Positions 1-14,038 of a stretch of DNA of 64,000 bases are shown in pieces; position 1 is the stretch's first letter, and each line of letters begins with the position of its first letter. Origin of the DNA: Vermamoeba vermiformis (lineage: Eukaryota); NCBI GenBank assembly GCA_045837725.1, contig JBEWZL010000066.1, forward strand, positions 186,001 to 250,000. Reading direction: 5' to 3'. Under the pieces are notes generated by a model that was not told where the DNA came from, did not search any database, and was given only the letters and a program-made list of their open reading frames with translations. A program made the translations under genes and the position numbers.

Positions 1-534
1 ACAACCTTTGGCTGCATTGGGACATTCTATTGGTAAAATGTCGACTAATCTGCGTGCACAGCAATTAGATTCTGTATTTTATAATTTGAAGGCCAAATAT
101 CTATTTTAAAATAATTATAATAATTTATAACGAGTGTATGGGTCGTTTCGGGCGTGACGTAAGCGAAATCTGGAAATTTACGGCCTTTTTTTTTTAATTT
201 GAAACTAAATCGATAATTGAAATTACCTTTGAATGGGCACACTAGCTGATAAGTCATCTACTGATATCTCTTTTCGACACGATGGACAGGTCTTTGTTTT
301 ATTTATCCATTCTTCTGCACAAGCTATAGAATAGAAAATTGCGTTACTATTACATCGCTATTTTCTATTAGGATATGGCTCGGTCAAAATCAATTTTCGT
401 CTGAATGAGGGGCAAATCTGATCACATCGGGAATAGCTACCTTTACAAAAGCAGTGGTGACAGCAACTCGTTTCGTGAGCGTTAGTAAACTTCTCAGAAC
501 ATATAGGACAGTCGAGTAGATCGTCTGTCGACAT
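1..534 (-). CDS. RING finger (C3HC4) protein with TRAF-type Zn-finger start; runs off the window
   Basis: Spliced translation MSTDDLLDCPICSEKFTNAHETSCCHHCFCK|ACAEEWINKTKTCPSCRKEIS...IQR|LVDILPIECPNAAKGC; two GT-AG introns keep the frame. Confidence 0.85.
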
Positions 535-693
535 CTGTGTTCTTTTTGTTTGTGATTGTCGAAATTTAACTATCCCTAACCTTCAAGTTCGTTTATGGAC
601 AGCAAATCTTACTCACAGAAATTAAGGGCCAAATTTTTGCATCTAGGAGGATTTATAATAGCGATACACTCACGCCCTTATAAGCATATTGGC

Positions 694-2415
694 TTATTTC
701 ATCAAAAACTGATCCACTTCGTTTTGAGGCACGCGATTAATGACCACACGTCCATCATATGAAAGCGAGGCAAAAGACCAAGGGTGCTCTGTTTAATAGG
801 AGGTACTTAGTACTGTACATACTATTAATACGACGCTGCATAGTATTACCTGAATTGCTCCAGCACACGGTGTACACGCTGTCCTCGTGGTCATCGTAGG
901 TACGAATCATTTCGTCACGCTTGTATCTGCAAAAGAGCTATTAGTACAGTTCAATTATACATCATAATAGACTTACTTCATCTTAGAGTCGCCGTCCAAC
1001 GAAGGGTTCTGGAAGGCAATCGAAGCAGCGCTGTACAAGTTGACGAGACTGTCGGTCGAGGCACTCAACACGAGCGAGTCCTTCAACTTGTTGTAACGCA
1101 CGCACGTGACCCTGATGTTGTGTCAGTCGATCACTATCAATAAATATAACTGATATACGCACCAGTGCGAGTGATTAATGAACTGCAAGACGGGCTGTTT
1201 GGTGTTACGCCAGTCCCAGAACTTGACTTTCGAATCATCGCCACCGCTCACGAGGTAATAAGGATTGTTCGAATTAATGTCCACTGAGCGCACGAACTGA
1301 CCGTGTGCTCCTGCAATAGTGAATGCAGCTCTGCAGAGATAATTGAAGTTAGAAAAGTGGACGCTAAGTATGAGTTGCACGTGATGCGTACTTGTTGGAC
1401 TTGGAGTCCCACGAGATAATATCGAGACCACAGCACGTGACCACTTGTTCGGTGAAATATGTGTTCCACACACCCGCTGTCACTCGTTGTACATCACCGA
1501 CTTTGACGTGTGTTTTTTCCTAACGGAGCATAAGTTAGCTACTTCGAGTGGTATTGAGTTCTATGCACGTACTTGTTTAGGATTCTCAAGGTCCCAAAAT
1601 CGAATGTGTGTTTCATCGAGGGACACTACTGATGTTTTGTCATCACCTGGGTGCCACAAGATACTACAATAGTGGGTCAGATGACGTCTGGTATGGATCC
1701 TATCAAATTCAATTGTACCTTTTAATGCTGCCCTCATGTCTGCCTAATTGAGCTTTTTCTTCTAATTTTACATCTTGTTCATTGACTTTCAATAATGTGG
1801 CCTTATATTCGCTCACTACAATATTATTAGACTCCAATCAAAATATTGTCGTTGTTGCACGTACCTGCATTTGACACGGAGAATAATAGAGATGAATCAT
1901 AAGGACACGATGATAATTCCCACATTTCATTGGGGTGTTCATATATTGCTAGACGTTTAATCTCGCTGTTTTCTTCTTCAATATGGTGGATCTGTATGAT
2001 CAGCCGGTCAATTTCGATAAAAAAATGAAAATATGAACAATATACACAATATGCGATATTTGTCCATTTTATTTGCTATTACCTGATTTTTTTCTCGCAA
2101 GCTAAGCGTGCCAACGAAAAATCTATTTTTCTCACAATCACCCTGCTGTGGGGCAATGCATCGGGCCTAAAAATATTTAATAATTTAGCCGTTATTTAAT
2201 TAAGGTGTAAATTCAATTGAAGTCGAGCAAGACATTACTTGAAATTTTATTTAATAATTATCCGGATCTTTCTTTCAAATAATAATTAAATCGTAGAAAA
2301 CCGTTCTCATTTGACCAGTAGTTAATATTACAATACTGAAGCTTAAAGTGAAGTTTGACATTACCTTGTAGCTGATGCCGTAAATGGCCGACGAGCGCAT
2401 TTTCATATTCGACAT
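694..2415 (-). CDS. EIPR1: WD40 protein EIPR1/TSSC1 (EARP/GARP interactor), multi-exon
   Basis: N-terminus AIYGISYK|ARCIAPQ...FFVGTLSLREKNQ; internal AHGQFVRSVDINSNNPYYLVSGGDD; C-terminus DHEDSVY...WSFASLSYDGRVVINRVP. Start could be 2415, 2406 or 2400. Confidence 0.85.
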
Positions 2416-2567
2416 TTTTGTTCTCCTTTACTGAAATATCCACTAGAAATATATTAACAATTACTTGTGCTATTGAATTGCAAAGGTGCTGGATGTAGTG
2501 CAGCTGAAAAAACGGTCAAACAACAAAATGCGGTTCCAAAAAAAATCAGTTTGTTCTATTATTCATC

Positions 2568-4143
2568 ATGACAACACTACCATTGCCTGGCGAATTTATT
2601 GTACACGATTACCGCTCTGAAGAAGCGAAGCAGAGGTACTTGGAGGATGCGAAGAGCAAATCTGACGTTCGAGTGATTCAATGGAACATCGAACGAGGAT
2701 ATATGTTACCTCAAATTATTGAGGAGTTGAAGAGGCACGATGCAGACATTATTTGCTTGCAAGAAATCGATATTTTATGCGAAAGATCTAACAACAAGAA
2801 TGTCGGCGAAGAAATTGCTCAAGGTACGTTCTATAATATTGTGTTTACCAACGAGTAAATACAAATAATTCCTAATATTAGAATTTGACGTTGCAGATCT
2901 GAGCCTAACCGTTCATTAACAGCCTTGCAACTGAACTACGTCTTTGTTTGTGAGTTCGAGGAACTTCATTCGCCACTTAGGCCTCCGAGAACTCAAGGTG
3001 GAGGCATTCACGGCAACGGTATAATGATCAATTATTTCCTTCCTGATGTCGTTGCTGATATTGAACCTTAGGCTTACTTACAAAATTCGACATTGCATCG
3101 CACTTTAGCGTCGACCACAAATACCAACTTATTGATTGGGAAAAGGATGGTGCAAAGAGGTTTAAGGTATGCGTCAATATAAAAACAACGTCATCCGAAC
3201 TGACCCGACTGTTTTGCTTATTAGGAACCGCGCAGAGGAAGACGCATTGAGCCAGGAGCTATTATTAAGCATCCTAATAGCAATGTTGGAAACTTGCTAG
3301 TGTATTCAGTACACTTGGAGGTACGTGCCATCGAGACCAACTGATCGGATCAGACCTATTATAAATCAGAATTGCTAATATTGATGGCCCTATTTAGATC
3401 TTCACTGGCATTCTCGGTCGCGTGAGTCAATTCTCCGAAGTGATGCACGATGCTGAAGAGCGTGTACGCAACAACAAGTCCATCGATCACGTCATTATCT
3501 GCGGAGACTTGAACACGATTGGCCATAGCATCGCAAGACTCGGCAGGAACATTTGCACGGACAAATTGAGATTTGGACTGTCAACATTGTTCTTGACTGA
3601 AGGACAGTGGTGGCAGAAGTACGTTTTCAATCAGCAAGAAGGGTGAGTGCTATATCATGCTAGTGAGAGCTAACAATGTAACTCACAAATGCAATTAGAA
3701 AGTTCAATACTAAGCTGAATGCCCTCGGGCTAGATGATGTTGTGAGCTGCAGTGCCGTCAATCGATTACGTTTGGCAGATCCATTTGACAAGTACTACGA
3801 TGTCACACTGACCTCGCACAGGTATGTTAATATATAGCTTAATGTCTGTGCGCATTTTTGACACGATGTTAGGAATTGGCTGCAAGGCAAGCTCGATTGG
3901 GTGCTGTTGGACCCCAGTGCAAATGTCACGCACAAAGAGATATTGAATCTCGATTACAGCAAGTCAGACCATCGTATGTTGCTAGTAGACATCAAGTACT
4001 CGCCTAGTAACAATGTGAATGATGCGTCGAAGCACGATACGCGCTGCAGAGTCACGCGAGCCAACACGACTAACACGCTGTTGACACTGGCTGCATCAGT
4101 GCTTGTCACACTCGTTGCGAAGGGAATCCAGGCACTGCTGTAG
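2568..4143 (+). CDS. Endonuclease/exonuclease/phosphatase (EEP) family protein with C-terminal hydrophobic tail
   Basis: Motifs IQWNIERG, DIICLQEID, YSVHLE, ICGDLNT, KLDW and SDH across about 7 exons. Confidence 0.85.
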
Positions 4144-4513
4144 ATTCTACTAATGTACATATCTAGGCTCTAAATGTTTATTCTGATGTACATTCGAGGC
4201 TCTATTTACACCTGCAACACCTTTGCGGTCCTGTGGAACTCAACACAACTTCAATGAGAGCACCAGCCGTGTCTTGGAATACCTTCCTATTTTGGTGATG
4301 AGTCAAAAAAGGTTCAGGACCCACTGCAGAGTCAATGAGTGAATCTGAGCTGGAAGAGGAGCTAATCAACTGTGGCCGCTAAATAACACCAACCATCTGA
4401 TAGCAGATAGTTTTATTCTAGTTTGAACTTCCAGATCTCGAAGCTATCGATTTATTGACAGATTCGGCACATAGAGGAGTACATCTGGATAAGGGCAGGT
4501 ATCATTTAATAGA

Positions 4514-6101
4514 CTAGTGCTTCAATCTGCAATGCAAGAAGTGATACTTAACACTGCCAATTAAGACGTGATCGCGCCACACTGCAGTCGTGCTTGGACC
4601 TGAGATCTCGTCACCGTGTGTTTCAAACACGAGCTCGAACTCTAACGTGTCCTGATGTTAAACATAAGTACTGGCTCTACGGTATGCTAATGTATACTCA
4701 CACTTGATTTCTGACGCCACACACGACCAGGCGATTGTTTAGCAAAGTTCATCATGTACGCCAAGAAGTGCAGTGGCTTGGGATGGTTTGTGATCCACAT
4801 GCGATTGTGGTCGTCAATGTCAATATTATCGAGGCCTAGGTATTGATGTTATGAATGGTAACAGGACATTAGCACCAAAGAGAGCACTGTTCACAATGCG
4901 CAATTCGCACTTACCCACATCAATATTCACACTCGCTAGCTGAATTAAATAATTTGACTCGTTGCGAGTGTACGCGTGCAACTTGCCGTCAGTGGTCGAG
5001 GTGTAGTAGATGGTCTTGTAATCACTTGACGAGGCAATGCCTAGACACAATGGTCAATATCCTTCGTGCACAAACTTGCGGCAGTGTTTACCGTTAGGAT
5101 ACTCGATGTTCTCAAGTGCGCGTATACACTGTTTAGTCTTCATGTTGCAATAACTCAGCCACGCCTTTGCACCGTGCAACGATGTCTCAATCAACTGCGC
5201 TGTTTGGCTGTGAGGCGGAGCAATGCTGGCGTGATCAGTGGCGGCATAGAACTCGTGCGCACTCACTGCCACCACGTCATTCAGATTGAACAACAAGGCA
5301 TCGTGAATCGAGTCCAAGTAGTGTCTGACAAGCAACGGAGTAAGTACACGTGAGTGAATCACTCTTGCAACACTTACAACTCGTCGCCTTTGACTTCAAA
5401 CAGATCCACAATGTCGTGGTAAGGTGCGTGGTCAATTAAATACATCAACAGACGCTCATCTAGTAAATAGAAAGATACACGTTAGAACGTTGATATGAGG
5501 TCAAGGATGCTAGTGCTATCTGGGACTTACTATCCCTACTATATCGACAATCCATGAGAGCGAGTAAATGTCTTGCGTGGATGATTGATTAGCTTCATCT
5601 CTGTCAGCTTGTTGCTAGCAAGATCCAACGAGTACACGTGCGAGACAGGATCTGCACTAGGCTTGCCGATCTACCGAGGGTTAGAATACGGTAACTACAT
5701 TACTTGAAGAATCTTACGATGAAGATGTGCTCAGCGGAGGAAATGTAAGCAATGCCTGTCTTGTGGTCGATCTGAATATCTTCAGGGCCAGTGGCTAAAA
5801 AGAAGTCATTATTAATTCATAATTAATATTTTCAGCAGCAATACTGTAACCTGCCTAATAACTCGGAAAATTAGTAATGGTGGTGGCTTCGAAGCCAAAA
5901 TTGCTAATTTAAAAAATCTTCGTAACTGAAGTTAAAGGTGGCGTTGAAATGCACTAATAAATTACCATTATAGCGTCTACAATCTGAGAATATCGAATAT
6001 GGTTTAATTGGCTCAAAGACACGGAAATCAACCAAGATCGTCTTGATCAAAAATGCCAACAGAGCTACCCCAACAAACGTCAAAGGTCTATTGAGGCCCA
6101 T
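4514..6101 (-). CDS. Paraoxonase/arylesterase-like six-bladed propeller, copy 1
   Basis: N-terminal hydrophobic anchor; GPED, SHG, NLNDVVAV, YPNGI, GLDNI and NHP motifs. Confidence 0.85.
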
Positions 6102-6230
6102 TTGGTTGCTATATGGTGTTAACACTGAAAATGGAGTTAACTCATTTCTGCTATTTGGTTAGCTTCGTAATAAAAATAGCTGCGCGGCAGGAATTTTGAA
6201 GTTGACTTTATTTACGTAATTACAGTGTAA

Positions 6231-7777
6231 TTATTTGCTCAATTTGCAATGCAAGAAGTGAGACTTAACACTGCCAATTAATACGTGATCGCGCCATGCC
6301 ACAGTTGTGCTCGGACCTGAGATCTCGTCACCGTGTGTTTCAAAGACAATTTCGAACTCCAACTTGTCCTAGAGAGTTCACTATTAGCCTCACCTTATAT
6401 AAGAGCACACTGTTATGCTTACCGCAGATTTCTGACGCCACACACGACCAGGCGATTGTTTGGCAAAGTTCATCATGTACGCCAAGAAGTGCAGTGGCTT
6501 GGGATGGTTTGTGATCCACATGCGATTGTGGTCGTCAATGTCAACATTATCGAGGCCTAGGTATTGATGTTATGAATGGTAATCAAGAGCAATAGTCACT
6601 ACGTACCTGCATCCACCGACACGGTCTCTTTAAGCACCAATTCATTGCTAGTGTTGCGTGTGAATACGTGCAGGTTATTATCAACAGACGATGTGACATA
6701 AATCAATTTGTAATCCTTTGAAGCGGTAATGCCTGCACATTAAAATTTGAACGTTAGATCTAATGTCAAAATATTCTCAGAATAATGGACGACGATGCGT
6801 ACCATTAGGATACTCGATGTATTCAATAGCTTTCTTGCACTTCTTCGTCTTCAAGTCACAGAAGGTCACAAAAGCAATCTTTTTGCGCAAAATACTCTCC
6901 ATCATCTGCGCAGTGTGGCTCTTCGGTGGCGGAGGATTGAAGTGATCGACGGTCACGTAGAACTCGTGCGCACTCACTGCCACTACGTCATTCAGATTGA
7001 ACAACAAGGCATCGTGAATCGAGTCCAAGTAGTGTCTGATATGCAATGGTCAGTACACGCGAATGAATCACTCTTGCAACACTTACAACTCGTCGCCTTT
7101 GACTTCAAACAGATCTACGGCATCGTGTTCAGGGGTGTGATGGATCAAATACATCAACAGACGCTCATCTAGGACCTTAAGGTTAGAACAGGTCTCAGAT
7201 CAGTCGGAGACACATTGACTTACTGTCGCGATACAACGATAATCCGTGACTCCTAACAAGCTCCTTGCGCGGATGATTGACCACTTTCATCTCTGTCAGC
7301 TTGTTGCTGGCAAGATCCAACGAGTACACGCGTGCACCCGGAACAGGTGATCCTGCTGCCTCCTATCAATAACTAGTGAGAAAATGCAAGCGATATTTAA
7401 ATCGTGTTACTCCTTACCATGGTGTGGTTAGCTGAGGAGATGTAAGCAATGCCTGTCTTGTGGTCGATCTGCACGTCTTCGGGTCCCGTCACTGAAAAAT
7501 TATTGTAAGATCAAATATTAAATAACAACGTAAAACACCTCGAACAAAGTAATAAGCGAGGATCGGGATGTCAAAAAACAGGCAAAAAATCCTTAAAAAT
7601 CAGACAATAATAGAAAATTAAAATACTGGCATTATACTTACGATCGAACTTTTTGCAGTCGGTAAAAGTTGAATACGGCTTGATTGGCTCAAAGGCACGG
7701 AAATCCACGACAAGTGTCTTTGTTAGGAAGGCCAGCAGAGCTATGCCGACGAATGCTAATGAGCCCTTTACTCCCAT
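6231..7777 (-). CDS. Paraoxonase/arylesterase-like protein, copy 2 (tandem paralog)
   Basis: Same motifs and intron positions as copy 1, with long near-identical DNA tracts. Confidence 0.85.
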
Positions 7778-8407
7778 GTTGTGCTATTATAATCCTGCAA
7801 AACTTGATTAATTTCATCCAGATTGTTTCGCTAAATAGCTACTTTTTTGGCTTCCGTTCCTCGCTCCGCGCCTTTTTTCCGTGTGCTCTCCTTAACTACT
7901 GAATTCAGTTATTCTTGTGATCATGTTCGCTATGGGTGTCTGGTGCTTGCCAGATGATTACGTTCGTCAACAGTGAGTCGATGGCGGCGCTTTTGATGAG
8001 TTTTCCCGTCGCGTGTCAAGCGGCGCTTTAACAACATTTTTATTGCCTTCATTAACACCACTCTATTCTTGACAATACAGCAGTGTTGAAAGGAATCACG
8101 AATGGCCTCCACTCTGTGTCGTAGTCTTATACGAAGAGCTGGATCTAACTTCGGATCTGTTTCTAAGGGCATCAATAGGCATAACAATAATATTTTTAAT
8201 GTTCGAATTAATTCTTCACTGAATTCAACGGTGTCTAGAAGCTGGTGAGTTCAAAATAAGGTTCACAAAAAATATTCAGAAATATTCACCGATTCCCACC
8301 CTTCAGGCTAATTAGAAAATCTTATCCTCTGGTATTTAATACTCGTGTCAGCAATTTTTCAACATTTTTTGCACCACGAGAAGAGCAGAAGGGTGGATCT
8401 TGTTGTC

Positions 8408-9127
8408 ATGCTAAACAAAATGCTACTTCACCACAACAAGCAACACAATCAGAGCCTCCTCACTAATAATATACATCACGTTAAACATAATCACCAACAC
8501 AATACTCCTGAAGTAACAGATCTGTCATTTTGGCAGGATAATTCAGTAAGTAGTTCTCCGTGATAGAATATCGGGCTTACAAATGTTAAAATAGGTTTGG
8601 CGACGAGCAGCAAGCAATACATTACGTTGTTTAATTGGTTGCAGCATCGGTGATTTCAGTGCGATGTTTTACCTGCAAGCACATCATACTGGATTGCCTT
8701 TATTGGCAATGATGGCTATTCCGATGGCTAGCGGCATTGCAACATCATTGGGATTCGAGACATTAGTTCTGAGAATTAAAGGTATACGAGACATAACTCG
8801 ACTTGCCTAGATCTGACCGTGTTTTCAGAAAGCATGAGCTGGAGTCAGTCCTTGAAAACAGCGTGGACAATGAGCTTAATATCGATGTTGACTATGGAAT
8901 TTGTTGAGAACATTGTTGATATGTATTTAACGAAAGGTAATGCACAAATAATTAACGTACGTATTTGACACTGTTAATACTGATAATATTATAACACTAC
9001 AGGCATGATGAACTTCCACGACCCCTATTTTTGGCTTGCATTAATTCCCTCGCTGCTCGCTGGATTCTTGGCGCCATTGCCGTACAACTATTACAAACTG
9101 AAGAAGTTTGGCAAGTCTTGTCATTGA
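8408..9127 (+). CDS. DUF4396-like membrane protein with His-rich N-terminus
   Basis: Spliced: ...WRRAASNTLRCLIGCSIGDF...MSLISMLTME...LLAGFLAPLPYNYYKLKKFGKSCH*. Confidence 0.75.
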
Positions 9128-9330
9128 ATCAAGTAAATATACACTATAGTACTGCACACTATGCTGTGGTTTGATGCTTTATTGTCGTGTACCATCGAAA
9201 AATTATATTATACAAAGATGACACTAACAACAAAGCCATAAATACAATGCGTTAGAACTCTAATTGCTTCGAGCTCTAACAGCTAATTACTACCCGCTGC
9301 TACTAGTATATCCCCATCTCTCGTTATATT

Positions 9331-12300
9331 TTACACGGCTTCAGTCTTGTCGATGGATCTAATCACTTGTTCCAAAAATGTTCGTCTGTTCTTCAATAAT
9401 CGTTCTTGGAATGTCGGTGCTTTGTACGCGGCAATCGTTGAATTCACCACTAGGATAAAGAAGTACGATTAATAAGCTGAAATATGATACTACAAGCTTT
9501 GTGAGATCGTACATTTTTCCAGCAAGAACTCCTTCAAGTTGTTGCCGTGCTTGATGATATTCGGGAACGGAACGCGCGGCAGAAATGATGGCACACCTTC
9601 TCTGCGCACCACGCACACTCTGTTCAGTGAACGACATTAGTTTCCGAATGACACTTTGACACTTTGACACGCGTTGAAGTGCGTGTTTGGCAAACTTCAA
9701 CACAGAGCCTTAAAATTCGTGTAGTATCGTTATATACCTGTAATAAATCTCGTCGTCGTCATCATCAGGAAGAGCACCGCTGGAGCTCAATTTGACACTG
9801 TTCGCGTCAGGTGTCATCAATGGTTTGCTGCGCGGTGAATCGGGACCAGTCATTGTCCTCGACCCTGATCGCGGTGTTGGACTGCGTGTAATCATTTCAA
9901 TTGATGAGAAATCTTTGTTGAGTAATTTCTTGGAGAACTGTGACAAGTCCACCGAGTATCGCGGACTAGACATTTGACTGCTGAGGTCGGCTGAGGAGTT
10001 CAATCCGCGCAGTGTTCGTGCTACTTTGCGCGGTGATCGAGGTGAGGCAAGAATTGACGCACTCGAGTACGAGGATTGGTGGGACCGAGGGCTTCCGTTG
10101 TCTTCTTTGGCTTTCTTGGCCTTGCGGATCTGATGCGGATCTCGTTCAACAGCAATGACGATAAATACTTCTGTTAATGACAAAAGACAAAAGTTAAGCT
10201 TAAATAACCCTAACAATGCTAATAAGAAGGCACTGATCTTGTCAAATAAAGGATACGGTTAAATTTAGAGGTGATAATATGCGGCGAGAACGGTTTGATT
10301 TCTTCGCCCTCTTCATGGTCCACAAACACAATGTTCACGGCATTGTTGCCAATATGTACTTTGCGTGCATCATTGTCGCCCTAAACAGCTCTATTAGCTA
10401 AATGAACCGTACCGTGCTAAGCGTCACAAACTCACGTCTATCAGCGAGGTGACATGAAACACTACTTCTGCGTCCCTCCACTTCGAGTATATCGTGTGTG
10501 TGCCATCAAGGTCACCTATTTTAAGAAATAATAAGCCTTTAGCAACAGTTGGTGATTTTGGAATGCAGATCCACGTACGTTTGCTATCCAATCCACCAGT
10601 GAACCCTTTAAATCCTCTGAGCTCGACTAAATCTCCCAACACACTGATAAATCGATCGAATGCGGGGGTACTGTTTTCTGTTTCAATGGAAAAGTTAATT
10701 CGACCCAGATCTTCAACGGTAAATTTGACGAATTGAGAAATTTAAAGCCAAAATGCAAGCAATAACCGAGTAATATAATGTTACGTACTCTTTTCAAACA
10801 AACTGCTCTCATCTTTTTCTCCGCGATAATGAATCACTCCAATTTTGAATTTTCTGTCGCTGTGCAGGAATTCGAGGCCCATCTTTGCCATTGTTTGCAG
10901 TCCCGCGAGCACTTGTGGGCTCGATTTAGCTTTGCGGAACTTTTTTACGGCAATATCGGGCATAATATACCGCAGCACTCGTTTGTCTGAGAGCGACTTG
11001 TGCTTTGATGATTTGCGCATGTCTGACGAGGACAAATAGAACTTTTCATCTTTCTAAAAATAGAAAATATCGTTAGTTCGCTCAGTACCTATTTTTGGAC
11101 CATGATTTAAGTTTGATTCAAATTGCAATGTTGTTTGCCCGGAGCACGCAGTACTTACCTCAGGAGTGGAAATGACGGCGTGAATTCGGATCAGTCTGTC
11201 ATCATCAGCCACAGCACGACGCACAGTGATGATCATTGGCGACCGCTCGTCATTCGATACAAAGTGCGCAATTTGCGTGTCAGCTAGAACAAAAGCAGTG
11301 AGTAATGAGAACACGATCGATGGATCAAAAAACCCGATTATTCACTGAACAGCATAATTTGAGGTTTCTAGTAGTAGTACTGACTGAGTATAATTCAAAT
11401 TGAGCTCTAATAATGAGAATTGATGTGTAGGTGATGAATTAGAAATTTTGACGCGATAAAATTACAGTGATAAATTAATTAACGTCATTCGTCTGGCCTG
11501 AAATAATTAAATTTTGTCTGAATTGTGCCGCAGCAATGTCCTATATAATAGTACAATATAATCAAAATAATAAGTGACTTACATGAAGTCGAGAAATAGC
11601 GTGCAATGAACTGTTCAATGATCACTTCAGGACACTCGGCTGCATTGAACGCCACGGGCAGGTCGAGCACAGTTTCAAACTCGTAGTGCGAGGCCTTGTT
11701 GAGCGAGATGAGTGTCGCGCTGTACATGTCGTTGTACACGTCACTCGAGGACCGCGAGGCACGTGTCTTGAGACCTGACTTCGTGTCACCCACGGCCAGT
11801 TGTTTGCCATTCGTAGGCAGTGGCTTTGGTATCACAGCACTGTTGGCACGGATCAATTCATCGGACTGCAAATATCGATGGTTAATTAAGGTGCTTCGTG
11901 GGCAAGATTATCAATGACTCTCTTGTTTGCCTTTTATAGTAATAATAAAAGTTTTTTTCAATATCGAGGCGATTTTTTGATACATTATAATGTAATAGTA
12001 TACTATTGTTATTACAACGGGCCAACGAAATTTATCCTGAAATTTGGGTATTCTAACTTTGAAAGAGATCGGCACTCTTTAAATAAAAAGCTAGGCGTAT
12101 TGGTTTATATTCTATAAATACTCGATATTTATGCATTTGAAAAAATCACTCTAAGCAGAAATTATCGAAATCACAAATAAAATTAACGGATTTACATTAC
12201 CTCGTGGTGCGTCCTTCGCTTAGTTGGAGAGCTTTCGCCTTCCTTCGATGCGCTAGGCACTACGGTAGGCAATATACCACTCTTCCGCTTCGTGAGCGGT

Positions 12301-12540
12301 GAACTGTCCCGTTCTTTTTCTGTCTGTTTTACATCTTCCTCGCGCTTTTGTTTTTCTATGCGATTGATATTACTCGCTGATTCTGATTTTCGTAACGTCC
12401 TCGAGCTATATTAAATGTATTAGTATAAGAGAATTGAGTAATGGGGCAGATTGAATTAATTAATAATAAATTCCGTTACGAATACTGAATCTTGTTTTAT
12501 CGGTCATTTAGACCCACCTTGATGCTCTACGAGGCTCCAT
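9331..12540 (-). CDS. Rap/Ran-GAP domain protein, multi-exon
   Basis: FKIGVIHY, FERFISVLGDLVELRGFKGFTGGLD, EVVFHVTSL, RKVHIGNNAVNIVF (Asn-thumb region) and LTKL|VNSTIAAYKAPTF. Confidence 0.8.
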
Positions 12541-13108
12541 ATTATTATAATATTGCTAAATGGTGGATTGATCTCTTAGCCAGCGCCAGATGCGTTTAAA
12601 AATTAAAATTTCCAATCCAGATCGAAACCGTAAAATTCGCTGCAACAATGCTCGTTCGAGACAGGAAACGAGTAAACAAATATTCTCGAACTAATGTTGA
12701 GCACTGGCAGCGAGTACCAAATAAATCTGTCACAGGAAGGCTTCCGTGCCAAAAATTCAAATTTATCTGCGGATTCGAGATTAAAAAGCCGAAAACTTGT
12801 TCGGCTTGTGAATTGAAAAGATTGAATACGATGGAAAACTGCACGCCAGAATTGATGCTTTACCTTTACTTCCAGTCCTAGCGGTTGTTCAGTAGATCCA
12901 ACTCTCTTTAACCTTAGCTCAGATGGAACCGGCACCATGAACGGCAAATCACGCGAGAATAGTCTTCAGACAATGCATGGCTAAACAGAATGTTAGGCGA
13001 AGAGCTATCTCTTGAAATTGCAGCAGAGATAATTTTTTGTGGTCTTTGCCATTACAATAATTTATTTTCCTAACGTGCTTGCCACAAGAGAAGCCTATGA
13101 TGAAAGCG

Positions 13109-13995
13109 ATGGCGCCTTTATTTGCCCTCTTAGTACTAATTAGTAGCGGTTTTACTCCCAGCCATAGCAACGCAGTGCCCAGCCAATGATGGATCTTGGA
13201 TTGCGGTGCAGAATGCTCTTAGCGTTCCACAAGGGAGCGTTACCTTTGATGATATGGGCTTCACTGGTGATTCAGTCCCGCCACTGCTAGTTTACAACGG
13301 CAGCAGAGTAGTCACGATCGGAGGAACTAGCGGTGTGGTATTGAATGGTGTTTGGGGCCTCTCTCCGAGCACTATTTGGGACGGACAAAGTGCATGGTTC
13401 GATAATAACGGCAGTCCTAGATTTTATTGGGCAGTTAATCGCTCGAGCCCGATCAATTACGGAGAGATGAACTTTTCAGTCCCAATCTCGTCATTTGCTA
13501 CTAAAATCAATGCAAAACCTGATGATTTGAGCTACGCGCGCATTGAAGCATTTGATGCGCATGGCAATAGAGTTGGATGCGTGGATAATATTGTGAACAC
13601 AATCGGAACTAATAGTCTGGTCTATCGAGGCATCAGCAGCAGCACGCCTATGGCTAGACTGGTTATTTACGGCTTTGTAGCCCTTGACAATATAGAATTT
13701 AGTAAGTATGAAAGTTTTCGTAGTGACATCTGGATCTCATAACAATTCTTGTTATTTTCAGCTGAGCCCGCATATTTGCCAGACTCATGCGATGTGAATG
13801 CGTGGTGCTTCAATGATATCGCGAACAATCCCTCTTGCGCGTGCAAATCGGGCTATGACGGTGATGGAACTGTGGGCAATTGTGTGGGTACGTCGTTGAA
13901 GATTATTTGTGCTAGTTAAGGAAGTTATTTTTGTCATGAGACAAGGGTGCTTCTTCCTTTTTTGGGGGTTGGGGGGGTTTTTTTTTTTTTTGGTG

Positions 13996-14038
<43 letters not shown>

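Noticed and set aside
45-257. 70-aa ORF MTYQLVCPFK
   Set aside because: Wrong frame; the region is an exon plus intron of the RING gene
4290-4402. Possible box C/D snoRNA (GTGATGA...CTGA)
   Set aside because: No convincing terminal stem or recognisable rRNA guide
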